46,300 bases of DNA from Lachnospiraceae bacterium (lineage in GTDB: Bacteria > Bacillota > Clostridia > Lachnospirales > Lachnospiraceae). Below are positions 20,454-29,093 of this stretch, piece after piece. Where the stretch lies: assembly GCA_019421365.1 (NCBI GenBank), contig JAHZFJ010000005.1, positions 1 to 46,300 of the forward strand, given 5' to 3'. Each line of letters opens with the position of its first letter. Positions within the stretch are counted from its first letter, which is position 1. Under the pieces are notes generated by a model. It was not told the origin of the DNA and ran no database searches. It saw nothing but the letters and a program-made list of their open reading frames with translations. The position numbers were made by a program, and so were the translations under genes.

Positions 20454-20798
20454 ATTGCGAAACTCTTTGTGAAAACGACAGACACAGATGTGTTGTTGTA
20501 TAGTGAAGAGGTTCGCAATTGACTATTAAGATTCGAGGGTCAAAAGGTCTCAAGAAACTTGCCTTCGTTAATTTGCACATTCATAAACCTGGCTAATGTG
20601 ATGCAGAACATAGTTTGATGAGCAACTGTATGAAGTCGTTGGTACTTAGGCTCTGTATTTTAGAGGCTTATGTACCACTACGAACTTCATCCAAGCGAGA
20701 GCGGGTTGCGATTAAACTATGTTTTGCATCACATAATAATCTATAAAGTGTGCAAATTGACGAATCAAAATATAAAACAAGCTTTTGACCCTCGAATC
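20454..20798. repeat. Structured intergenic element. A 14-bp-stem hairpin is followed by a roughly 270-bp imperfect inverted repeat whose terminal 17 bp are perfect (GATTCGAGGGTCAAAAG / CTTTTGACCCTCGAATC).
   Basis: Arms 20530-20645 and 20640-20798 align as reverse complements with several conserved blocks. Confidence 0.6.
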
Positions 20799-20824
20799 CA
20801 TAAATAGACTAGAAGGAGAACAAG

Positions 20825-21430
20825 ATGAATAAAGTGTTATACATTAAGGCAAACATCAAGAAGGAAGGGGAATCAAGAACCTTTAAGATATCTGATTGCT
20901 TTGCAGAAGAATATAAGAAGAACAATCCAGAAGATGAGGTAATCGTATTAGACTTATATAAGGAGAGAATTGGTTTTTTAAGACCAGGGGATTTAGAAAA
21001 TTTATTAGGAGTAAATGACGATGAAATCATAAAAAATACCATTCTGAAATATGTGTACCAATTCGTTGATGCAGACAAGTATATAATTGCAGCTCCAATG
21101 TGGAATCTAAGTTTTCCAGCGATTTTAAAGGCCTATATTGATTATATATGTGTTAAGGGCGTTACTTTCAAATATACAGAAAACGGACCAGTTGGTCTTT
21201 GCGAAGGAAAAAAGGCAGTTCATATTGTAACTCGAGGGGGTAATTATTCAGAAGGACCTGCGAAAGAGTATGAAATGGGCGATAGATATTTAAGAACTAT
21301 TTTTGCTTTCTTTGGAATCACTGATTTTATAACAATAGCAGCGGATAGGTTGGATGATAAATCTACAGATGGGAAGGTAACTGTTAACAAGGCAATGAAA
21401 ATAGCAACAAATGTAGCAAAAGAGTTTTGA
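20825..21430 (+). CDS. azoR: FMN-dependent NADH-azoreductase (AzoR-like flavodoxin-fold quinone reductase)
   Basis: About 200 aa with a typical AzoR N-terminus and FMN-binding region. Confidence 0.75.
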   Translation: MNKVLYIKANIKKEGESRTFKISDCFAEEYKKNNPEDEVIVLDLYKERIGFLRPGDLENLLGVNDDEIIKNTILKYVYQFVDADKYIIAAPMWNLSFPAILKAYIDYICVKGVTFKYTENGPVGLCEGKKAVHIVTRGGNYSEGPAKEYEMGDRYLRTIFAFFGITDFITIAADRLDDKSTDGKVTVNKAMKIATNVAKEF

Positions 21431-21514
21431 TTCTGTACTGGTATTTCTTCTTTGTTTGCGATAAAATGTCTTTATCAATGTGAATGAGACCATGAACAAA
21501 GGAGATTAATAGAT

Positions 21515-22681
21515 ATGAATCAAACAAAGAAACTATATGATTTGGATGCATATGCCATAGAGTTTGACGCTACGGTACTATCCTGTGAGGAAGTACAGAT
21601 AGAAGATCAGATTATGTATCATGTTATCTTAGATAAAACGCTCTTTTTCCCAGAAGAAGGTGGACAAAGCCCAGATAAAGGGACAATGAATCAGATAGCA
21701 GTTATGGATGTTCAAATCAAAGATGATGTTATAACGCACACGTTAGAAGCACCATTAGAAGTGGGCATAGGGGTTCATGGCTGTATTGATTGGAAACATC
21801 GTTTTAATAATATGCAACAACACTCAGGAGAGCATATATTTTCAGGGTTAGTGAATAAGAAGTTTGGTTACGATAACGTAGGTTTCCATCTAAGTGATCA
21901 AATTGTAACCATGGATTTTAATGGGGTATTAACGGCAGAAGATGCGGCAGATATTGAATATGCCGTGAATGAAGTAATTATAAATAATCTACCAGTTCAA
22001 GTGACATTTCCTTCAAAAGAGGAATTATCTGATATGAACTATCGTAGTAAGATTGAAATAGATGGACAAGTACGTATTGTCACAATTGAAGGTGTGGATG
22101 TATGTGCTTGTTGTGCACCACATGTAAGAAGCACTGGTGAGATTGGTATGTTAAAGATTCTGAATATGCAAAATTATAAGGGCGGAGTGCGTATCAGTAT
22201 CTTATGCGGTTTCCGAGCATTAGAAGAATATCGTAAGAAAACAGAAATCTTATCAGAGCTTACTTCTTCCTTATCAGCAAACCAAGATTCATTGATAGAA
22301 GCAGTAGATAAGTTGAAGAATGTGAATCAATCCTTAAAAGTTGAGGTATCCGTTGCAAAGAGGGAGTGTATGGAAGCAAAATTAAGAGGAATTCCAAAGG
22401 ATCAAGTAAATGTATATTTGTTTGAGAACAATCTAGATGCTCAAGTTATGCGTAACGCTGTTAATCAATTAGTAACCGAGCATGCTGGAATCTGTGGAAT
22501 CTTCTCTGGCGATGAAGAAGAAGGATACCGTTATATTATCGGCAGTAGTACAGAAGATGCCCGTACGATTGCTAGCATACTTAGAGAGAAACTAGGTGCT
22601 AAGGGCGGTGGTAGTGCGGCTATGGTACAAGGGTCTGTTGTTGCTAAGAAAGAGATGATTTTGGCGTTAATTAATCTATAG
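21515..22681 (+). CDS. alaX: AlaX-L type alanyl-tRNA editing protein
   Basis: HSGEH (HxxxH) and CCAPH (CxxxH) zinc motifs of the AlaRS/ThrRS editing domain. Confidence 0.75.
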   Translation: MNQTKKLYDLDAYAIEFDATVLSCEEVQIEDQIMYHVILDKTLFFPEEGGQSPDKGTMNQIAVMDVQIKDDVITHTLEAPLEVGIGVHGCIDWKHRFNNMQQHSGEHIFSGLVNKKFGYDNVGFHLSDQIVTMDFNGVLTAEDAADIEYAVNEVIINNLPVQVTFPSKEELSDMNYRSKIEIDGQVRIVTIEGVDVCACCAPHVRSTGEIGMLKILNMQNYKGGVRISILCGFRALEEYRKKTEILSELTSSLSANQDSLIEAVDKLKNVNQSLKVEVSVAKRECMEAKLRGIPKDQVNVYLFENNLDAQVMRNAVNQLVTEHAGICGIFSGDEEEGYRYIIGSSTEDARTIASILREKLGAKGGGSAAMVQGSVVAKKEMILALINL

Positions 22682-22688
22682 ATAAGGT

Positions 22689-23624
22689 GTGTGTGCAATG
22701 TATCATTTTATAATTAATTCCCATGCGAAGTCTAGATTGGGACATAGAATTTGGAACGATATCGAAGGATATCTTAAAACACAAAAATTTGAGTATAAGA
22801 AGTACTTTACTAGAGAAGCTGGACATGCAACACAGGTTGCTAAGCAGATTACAAGTAAAGGAGAAAATGCTATCACCATTGTTGTGTTAGGTGGGGATGG
22901 GACTTTGAATGAAGTACTCAATGGATTACGATACATTGACGGTGTAACGTTAGGATATATCCCTATTGGCTCTAGTAATGATTTTGCAAGAGGTATGGAC
23001 ATATCAACAGATTATATAAGAGAAGTGCGTAAGATTATAAATCCTAAGAAGTTTATTCAGTTGGATTATGGAGTGGCAACATACGGTGGTAAGAGTCAAC
23101 GATTCCTTGTTAGTTCAGGAATCGGATTTGATGCCGCTGTATGTCATGAGGTAAATCATTCTCCTCTTAAAAAGTTACTAAATCACTTACGAATTGGTAA
23201 GCTTACGTATGGGCTTGTTGCTATTAAACAGTTAGCAGGTATTCCGTATATTAAAGGCAAGATAATTTTAGATGACAAGAAAAGCAAGTCATTCGATAAA
23301 ATCTTCTTTTCTTCGGTGCATGTACAAAAATATGAGGGAGGAGGATTCATGTTTTGTCCTGATGCAGATGCTACAGATGGATATCTTGATCTATGTGTGG
23401 CAGAGAATATAGCTCGAAGCAGAGCTTTAGGTATATTACCCTATGCGAAGAAAGGCAAACATGTAACTTCACCTGGTATCCATATATATCGTTGTAAGAA
23501 AGCAATATTCCAGATGAGACGAAAACAATTCGTACATATCGATGGTGAAACAGAAGAGAAGACGATGTTTAATGAAGTGAGATTTGAAACCTCACCGGAT
23601 AAGATTCGGTTTATTGTCGGATAA
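22689..23624 (+). CDS. Diacylglycerol-kinase-family lipid kinase (YegS/BmrU-like)
   Basis: DAGK_cat motif VVLGGDGTLNEV. Confidence 0.8.
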   Translation: MCAMYHFIINSHAKSRLGHRIWNDIEGYLKTQKFEYKKYFTREAGHATQVAKQITSKGENAITIVVLGGDGTLNEVLNGLRYIDGVTLGYIPIGSSNDFARGMDISTDYIREVRKIINPKKFIQLDYGVATYGGKSQRFLVSSGIGFDAAVCHEVNHSPLKKLLNHLRIGKLTYGLVAIKQLAGIPYIKGKIILDDKKSKSFDKIFFSSVHVQKYEGGGFMFCPDADATDGYLDLCVAENIARSRALGILPYAKKGKHVTSPGIHIYRCKKAIFQMRRKQFVHIDGETEEKTMFNEVRFETSPDKIRFIVG

Positions 23625-23760
23625 ACCAACTAACAGTTCCTTCTTTTTCGTATATTGTAAAGAACTTATTCGAATACTATAGAAGATTAAAGTAGATTTA
23701 AAAATCTAGTTAGCCTATGGTACGAATAATAGTGAATATCAGAGAAAGAAGGAATCATGT

Positions 23761-25038
23761 ATGTCAATAAATCAAAGAATTCCAACAAATCAAAAAATCC
23801 CCAAAGAGAAAGGGATTGACCATACTTTAGATCTTATCAAAGAAGGATATCCATTTATTCAAAAACGTATTAAAAAATATCAGTCACCAATAGTAATATC
23901 ACGATTATTTGGAAAGAGAGCAATTTTTCTAAGTGGAGTAGAGGCGGCGAAGGTCTTTTATAATGATAAATATTTTAAACGGCATGGTGTGGCGCCTATG
24001 CGTGTTCAAAAAACATTATTTGGGAAACATGCAATTCAGGGACTTGATGGGAAAGAGCATCTGAAACGAAAACAATTGTTTATGTCCTTATTAACACCTG
24101 AGTATGAAAAGCAGTTAATCGATTTATGTGTATTGAACTTAGAACGTAAGGCAAAAGAATGGGAAAAGAAGCCAAGTATTAAGTTATTTGACGAAAGCAA
24201 AAAGGTACTGTTTATAAGTGTATGTGAATGGACCGCTGTTCCGTATCCCAAAGCAAAAGAAAAAGAGATTCTAGAAGACTTTGGATATATGATCTACTCT
24301 TTTGGTAGAATGGGTTCATATTATCGAAAAGGTAAACGTTCGAGAAAGTGTGTAGAACATTGGATAGAACAACTTATTGAAGATGTAAGAACTGGAAAAT
24401 TCGTAGTAGATGCAAGTACTCCGCTATATCAGATGAGTATGTGTCGGAATACGAAGGGTGAACTAGTGAATATAAAAATCGCTGCAAGGGAACTTATTAA
24501 TCTTCTGCGACCTATTATAGCAATTGCCACATACATTACCTTTGTGGCTGTAGCATTATATGAAAATCCTGAATGCAAAGATAAATTAAAGACGGAAGAT
24601 TCTTTATATCTAGAGATGTTTTGCCAGGAGGTAAGACGATATTATCCCTTTAGCCCATTCGTTGGAGCTAAAGTAATTAAGAGCTTTAGATGGAAGCAGT
24701 GTGTATTCAAAAAAAATACACTGGTGCTTCTTGATTTATATGGAATGATGCATGATGAGAAGCTTTGGAAACAACCCTATAGATTTAATCCAGATCGATT
24801 TAAGGACCGTAAGGAATGTCTATATGATTTGATGCCCCAAGGTGGAGGAAATATTCAAAAAGGACATCGATGTGCCGGTGATATACTAACATTGAAGGTT
24901 ATGATGGCCTTTACTGACTATCTGGTGAATAAAATAGAGTATACCGTGCCGAAACAAGATTTATGTATTCCACTTAATAAGATACCGACACTACCAAGAA
25001 GTGGGTTTGTTATGAAGAATGTAAGAACAATAATATAA
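23761..25038 (+). CDS. CYP152-family cytochrome P450 fatty-acid peroxygenase (P450 BSbeta/OleT-like)
   Basis: Matches remembered P450 BSbeta sequence nearly along its length: LLRPIIAI (Arg-Pro carboxylate site), PQGGG..KGHRCAGD heme-thiolate loop, RVQKTLFG with Gln at the BSbeta Gln85 position. Confidence 0.85.
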   Translation: MSINQRIPTNQKIPKEKGIDHTLDLIKEGYPFIQKRIKKYQSPIVISRLFGKRAIFLSGVEAAKVFYNDKYFKRHGVAPMRVQKTLFGKHAIQGLDGKEHLKRKQLFMSLLTPEYEKQLIDLCVLNLERKAKEWEKKPSIKLFDESKKVLFISVCEWTAVPYPKAKEKEILEDFGYMIYSFGRMGSYYRKGKRSRKCVEHWIEQLIEDVRTGKFVVDASTPLYQMSMCRNTKGELVNIKIAARELINLLRPIIAIATYITFVAVALYENPECKDKLKTEDSLYLEMFCQEVRRYYPFSPFVGAKVIKSFRWKQCVFKKNTLVLLDLYGMMHDEKLWKQPYRFNPDRFKDRKECLYDLMPQGGGNIQKGHRCAGDILTLKVMMAFTDYLVNKIEYTVPKQDLCIPLNKIPTLPRSGFVMKNVRTII

Positions 25039-25045
25039 GCTTAAG

Positions 25046-25087
25046 AATCACTTGTATTTATTAAAAGTACAGGTGATTTTTTTATCA
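25046..25087 (+). terminator. Rho-independent terminator (AATCACTTGTA/TACAGGTGATT followed by TTTTTTTAT)
   Basis: Read directly. Confidence 0.7.
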
Positions 25088-25260
25088 TATTTTTTTATTA
25101 AATTTGTTTTATTAAGGTTGTTATGTTAAGGTTAATTAGGAATATAAAAATGGACAATATCAAGAATTGATATTATAATATTGTAAATATGTACTATTTA
25201 CGGGTTTTTATGTTTAAAACTTAAGAAACTGTAGTTTATCACTTATAAGGGGCATTAAAA

Positions 25261-27144
25261 ATGGAAGATAAAAATTATATTGGGAATTTAATAAAAGGTT
25301 TACGGGAATCAAAAGGAATAAGTCAAACCAAATTATGCAGAGGTATTTGTGATAGAGCAGTATTAGTACGGATAGAAAGTGGTAAGAGTACACCGCAAAA
25401 ATTATTAACAGATGCACTTTTTCAAAGATTAGGTTTATCCATTAATAAATTTGGAATATCCTATACTATGGCGGAGAATAGAGCTATATTATTGCGAAGG
25501 GATATACTTGAATCATTATTTTGCGAACAATATGATAATGCTTTAGAGTTATTAGGAATATATGAAAATGAAGTAGGAAGTACAAGTAAAAGTGCGATAT
25601 TAGAGCAGTTTTGTTATGTTGTAAAGGTTGTTCTTGAAATAACTAAAGGAACGAATATTGAAGAGGTTATAGATTTAATACATAAGGGACTTAGAAAAAC
25701 ATTTACTCAATTTAAAGTTGAAGAGATTATAGATTATCTTTTACATGATGAAGAGATTATGCTAATTATATTGTTAGCAGAGAGTTTGTATATGCAAGGA
25801 AAGAAGAGTGAAGCAATTAACACCTTATTCAATCTGATTGAGTATATAGAGAAAAATATATTAGATGATGAAGAATTAGTGCGTATTTACCCAAAAGTTG
25901 CGTTATTATTAGCAGAGAAACTAGTGGAGGAAAACAGATATGCAGAATTATATATCTGTGATCGAGCAATTAATATCCTTATCGAAAATAGTAAGATTGC
26001 TTATCTAGCAGAATTATTAAACATACAGCTAAACTTTGGTCTCAACGGGGATCGTAGTAGTTATTCAAAAAATAAGAAGTTCTATAAGTCAGTTATACGT
26101 ATTTTGGAGGAACTTAGAGGAGATTATGAAAAAAGTGGAGTTGAGAAGGTATTAATACCTGCACCGATAACTCATGGGCATGTTATCGGCAATCAGATTC
26201 GAGCACTTCGTAAAATCCTTGGAATCACACAAGAAGATCTGAGCGAAGTATGTGATCCGTTAACTGTATCAAGGATAGAAGGTGGGAGAAAACCAACAGA
26301 CAGGCATTATGAAGAGTTAATGACTTCCATGGGGAGAGAAGGGATTCGCTACTATCCTTTCATCAAATCCAATGATTTTGAATTACATATGTTAAGGAGA
26401 GATTTTGGTAGGAGTATGGAAAACTATGATTTTGAGGAGGCTGAAAAGGCACTCTTATTGTTGGAAAGAAAACTGAATCGGTCAGAAGCAGTTAACGAGC
26501 AATATTTATTAAGGAGCAGGTCGTTATTAGAGGCATGTAAGGGACAGATAACTCAAGAAGCGCTAATTGAGAGATTAGTAGAGGCACTTAGGATTACTGC
26601 CCCCATTAACGAGAACCCTCAGCGCATAAAGAAGGAACTAAGATCTCTATTAACGGAAGAAGAATTAATTAATAGTTTAGATGGGTGGCCATTAACCCAA
26701 ACAGAGACTGTAATATGGAACAATATAGGAAACGCGAAGGGACAGCTTGGAGATAGTAAAGAGAAAATTAGAATATTGTCTATAGTTATGAATAATTATG
26801 AGAAGGATACGGTAAGCTTGCATAACAATCTAAAAGGATATATTCTTACGTGTTTTAATTTAGCAAATGAGCAAGATCGAATTGGAGACTATATGGAATC
26901 ATTGAAAACATGTGAAGAGGGGATTAGGTATTGTTTATCAGCTGGTGAGGGGTTTATGTTATTTAATCTATTAGCTGTTAAAGCTGACTGTTTAGTTAAT
27001 GTTAAAGAAAACAAGAAAGCTTGTAAAAAAATATTTCAACAAGCTTTCTTGCTGGCAAAGTTGCTAGAAGATAAAGTTATGTATGAATGGATCAAAATTC
27101 AATATAATGAACAATTTAAAATTGAAATTGAATACGAATATTAA
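25261..27144 (+). CDS. Tandem-duplicated RNPP/Rgg-like regulator: two HTH-XRE plus helical-repeat (TPR-like) modules in one 627-aa protein
   Basis: HTH 1 at about aa 7-60 (LRESKGISQTKL..) and HTH 2 at about aa 305-358 (LRKILGITQEDL..), each followed by roughly 240 aa of helical repeats. Confidence 0.65.
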   Translation: MEDKNYIGNLIKGLRESKGISQTKLCRGICDRAVLVRIESGKSTPQKLLTDALFQRLGLSINKFGISYTMAENRAILLRRDILESLFCEQYDNALELLGIYENEVGSTSKSAILEQFCYVVKVVLEITKGTNIEEVIDLIHKGLRKTFTQFKVEEIIDYLLHDEEIMLIILLAESLYMQGKKSEAINTLFNLIEYIEKNILDDEELVRIYPKVALLLAEKLVEENRYAELYICDRAINILIENSKIAYLAELLNIQLNFGLNGDRSSYSKNKKFYKSVIRILEELRGDYEKSGVEKVLIPAPITHGHVIGNQIRALRKILGITQEDLSEVCDPLTVSRIEGGRKPTDRHYEELMTSMGREGIRYYPFIKSNDFELHMLRRDFGRSMENYDFEEAEKALLLLERKLNRSEAVNEQYLLRSRSLLEACKGQITQEALIERLVEALRITAPINENPQRIKKELRSLLTEEELINSLDGWPLTQTETVIWNNIGNAKGQLGDSKEKIRILSIVMNNYEKDTVSLHNNLKGYILTCFNLANEQDRIGDYMESLKTCEEGIRYCLSAGEGFMLFNLLAVKADCLVNVKENKKACKKIFQQAFLLAKLLEDKVMYEWIKIQYNEQFKIEIEYEY

Positions 27145-27296
27145 TTTATATCGTGGTAATCTCTTGGTACGCCACCACGTGTTGTTATTATATTATTATC
27201 AGTAGAGTTAGCAAAACTAGTTGGCTGACTAAGAGGTAATACAATAGCCCCTAATAAAAAAAGTACAACAAGTGAGTTTCTAAGTTTTTTTAACAT
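27141..27296 (-). CDS. Unannotated 51-aa ORF with a signal peptide, a candidate secreted signalling-peptide precursor: MLKKLRNSLVVLFLLGAIVLPLSQPTSFANSTDNNIITTRGGVPRDYHDIN
   Basis: GAGGAGG 8 nt before the ATG; K/R n-region, hydrophobic core and SFA|NS cleavage-like site; convergent with the RNPP-like gene, with overlapping stop codons. Confidence 0.5.
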   Translation of the reverse strand: MLKKLRNSLVVLFLLGAIVLPLSQPTSFANSTDNNIITTRGGVPRDYHDIN

Positions 27297-27353
27297 AATG
27301 AATACCTCCTCAATTATTTGATGTTTTTATATTACTATAGATTTATAACAATA

Positions 27354-27397
27354 ACCATGACGTTTTGTGAACATATTTGTTTATTCTACGTCATGGT
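27354..27397. promoter_or_regulatory. Perfect 10-bp inverted repeat ACCATGACGT-N24-ACGTCATGGT between the divergent peptide ORF and the Nudix gene. It is a candidate operator.
   Basis: Read directly. Confidence 0.4.
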
Positions 27398-27483
27398 ATT
27401 TATTTCGTCATTAATTATATAATTGGTGATGGAATAAGGAATATTTACTCAAATCATATAGAATATTAGGAAGGTGTGAAAGT

Positions 27484-27948
27484 ATGCAGGATTCAATATC
27501 AATTTTTATATTTGATTCTAACGGTAAATTATTAATGCAAAAAAGGAAAGTTGATACGGATAACTCAGAGGGATTATGGACCAATGCTTGTAGCGGTCAG
27601 CCAAAAGAAAATGAAACAATTGAAGATGCAGCCCATAGAAGTTTAGAAGAAGAATTTGGGTTTGATTGCAAATTGGATAAACTGTCTGAATTTTACTATC
27701 GACTTGAACCTGGTGATGGTTTATACGAACACGAGTATCACCATATCTATATAGGATTTTACAATGGATATCCAGAACCAAATAAAGAAGAGATTGTATC
27801 ATGGAAGTGGATGAATGTCTTTGAGATATTGGATGAACTAAGACACAACCCTGATAGTTACATGTACTGGTTTAGATATACATATAGAGGTGTGCTTGAC
27901 AGAGTTTCAAAAAAACAGAGAAATAGAATATTAGGTCTTTATATTTAG
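27484..27948 (+). CDS. NUDIX-fold protein resembling type-1 isopentenyl-diphosphate isomerase
   Basis: Nudix box GQPKENETIEDAAHRSLEEEFGF; WTNACSGQP parallels WTNSVCGHP of Idi. Confidence 0.55.
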   Translation: MQDSISIFIFDSNGKLLMQKRKVDTDNSEGLWTNACSGQPKENETIEDAAHRSLEEEFGFDCKLDKLSEFYYRLEPGDGLYEHEYHHIYIGFYNGYPEPNKEEIVSWKWMNVFEILDELRHNPDSYMYWFRYTYRGVLDRVSKKQRNRILGLYI

Positions 27949-28111
27949 AAGAAATAATGAGATAGAACATAGAGATAGAATATTTAACATTAAAGACTTA
28001 CTCACTATAATTTCAGATTGTATCTTAATAAAAGGCAGTGTATACTGTTAATGACACTATACACTCAACTGTAACAAGAAAAATAATTTATTAAGAAAGA
28101 AATGTAGTGAG

Positions 28112-28888
28112 ATGACAATAGAATTAGAAAAACATTATAATAAATTTTGTGAAGATAAGAGACTAACAAGAAGACATGGCCAAGTAGAATATATCACGTC
28201 CATGAAATATATCCATGAGTATCTAAAAGACATGCCAGGTGCTAAGATCCTAGATGTGGGGGCAGGGACAGGAAGATATTCAGTTCCACTTTCGGAAGAA
28301 GGATATGATGTAACTGCAATCGAACTAGTGAAGTATAATCTAGGAATACTTAAGTCAAAGAAAAGCAATGTAAAAGCAATGCAAGGTACAGCTCTTGACT
28401 TATCAAGATTTGAAGATAATACATTTGATATGACGTTAGTTTTTGGTCCAATGTATCACTTATATCAATATGAAGACAAGCTAACAGCGCTTAAAGAAGC
28501 AAAGCGAGTTACAAAGGTTGGCGGTGTGATCTTGGTTGCCTACATTATGAATGAATATAGTGTAATCATCCATGGTTTCAGAGAAAACAATATTAAAGAA
28601 TGCATAGAGAATGGAAAGCTAACTGAAGATTTTCATGTAGTATCGAAACCAGAAGATCTATATGATTATGTAAGAATTGAAGATATTAATAAGTTAGATG
28701 AAGAGGCAGGTTTGCAGAGAATGAAGTTAATTGCTGCAGATGGTCCAGCTAATTATATGAGACCTGTTTTGAATGCAATGGATGAAGAGACTTTTGAACT
28801 GTTTGTAAAATATCATCTAACTACATGTGAACGACCAGAGTTATTAGGGGCAAGTTCACATACCTTAGATATCTTACGCAAGGAATAA
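28112..28888 (+). CDS. Class I SAM-dependent methyltransferase
   Basis: Motif I LDVGAGTGRYS; acidic end of the second strand DVTAIE. Confidence 0.75.
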   Translation: MTIELEKHYNKFCEDKRLTRRHGQVEYITSMKYIHEYLKDMPGAKILDVGAGTGRYSVPLSEEGYDVTAIELVKYNLGILKSKKSNVKAMQGTALDLSRFEDNTFDMTLVFGPMYHLYQYEDKLTALKEAKRVTKVGGVILVAYIMNEYSVIIHGFRENNIKECIENGKLTEDFHVVSKPEDLYDYVRIEDINKLDEEAGLQRMKLIAADGPANYMRPVLNAMDEETFELFVKYHLTTCERPELLGASSHTLDILRKE

Positions 28889-28915
28889 GTGAATGGAATA
28901 ATTACTTAAGGGAAT

Positions 28916-28967
28916 AAGGGCTGTAACACGGACGATTGTAAATCGTAAGTGCGATAGCCCTTTTTTC
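28916..28967 (+). terminator. Rho-independent terminator (AAGGGCTGT..ATAGCCCTT followed by TTTTTT)
   Basis: Read directly. Confidence 0.6.
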
Positions 28968-29093
28968 ATCCATAATATCTCATTGCAAATATAAGAATAT
29001 TGTTGTAGAATTAGAGCTAACTGTGTTTTTTTGTATAGATAAATATTATAATAACATATAAAGATAGTTATTAAACAATGAAGGAAGAGATCG

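Noticed and set aside
28050-28075. 8-bp inverted repeat AGTGTATA..TATACACT upstream of the methyltransferase gene
   Set aside because: It is short, AT-rich and has no T-tract, so it is compatible with chance. It could be a minor operator, but the evidence is insufficient.
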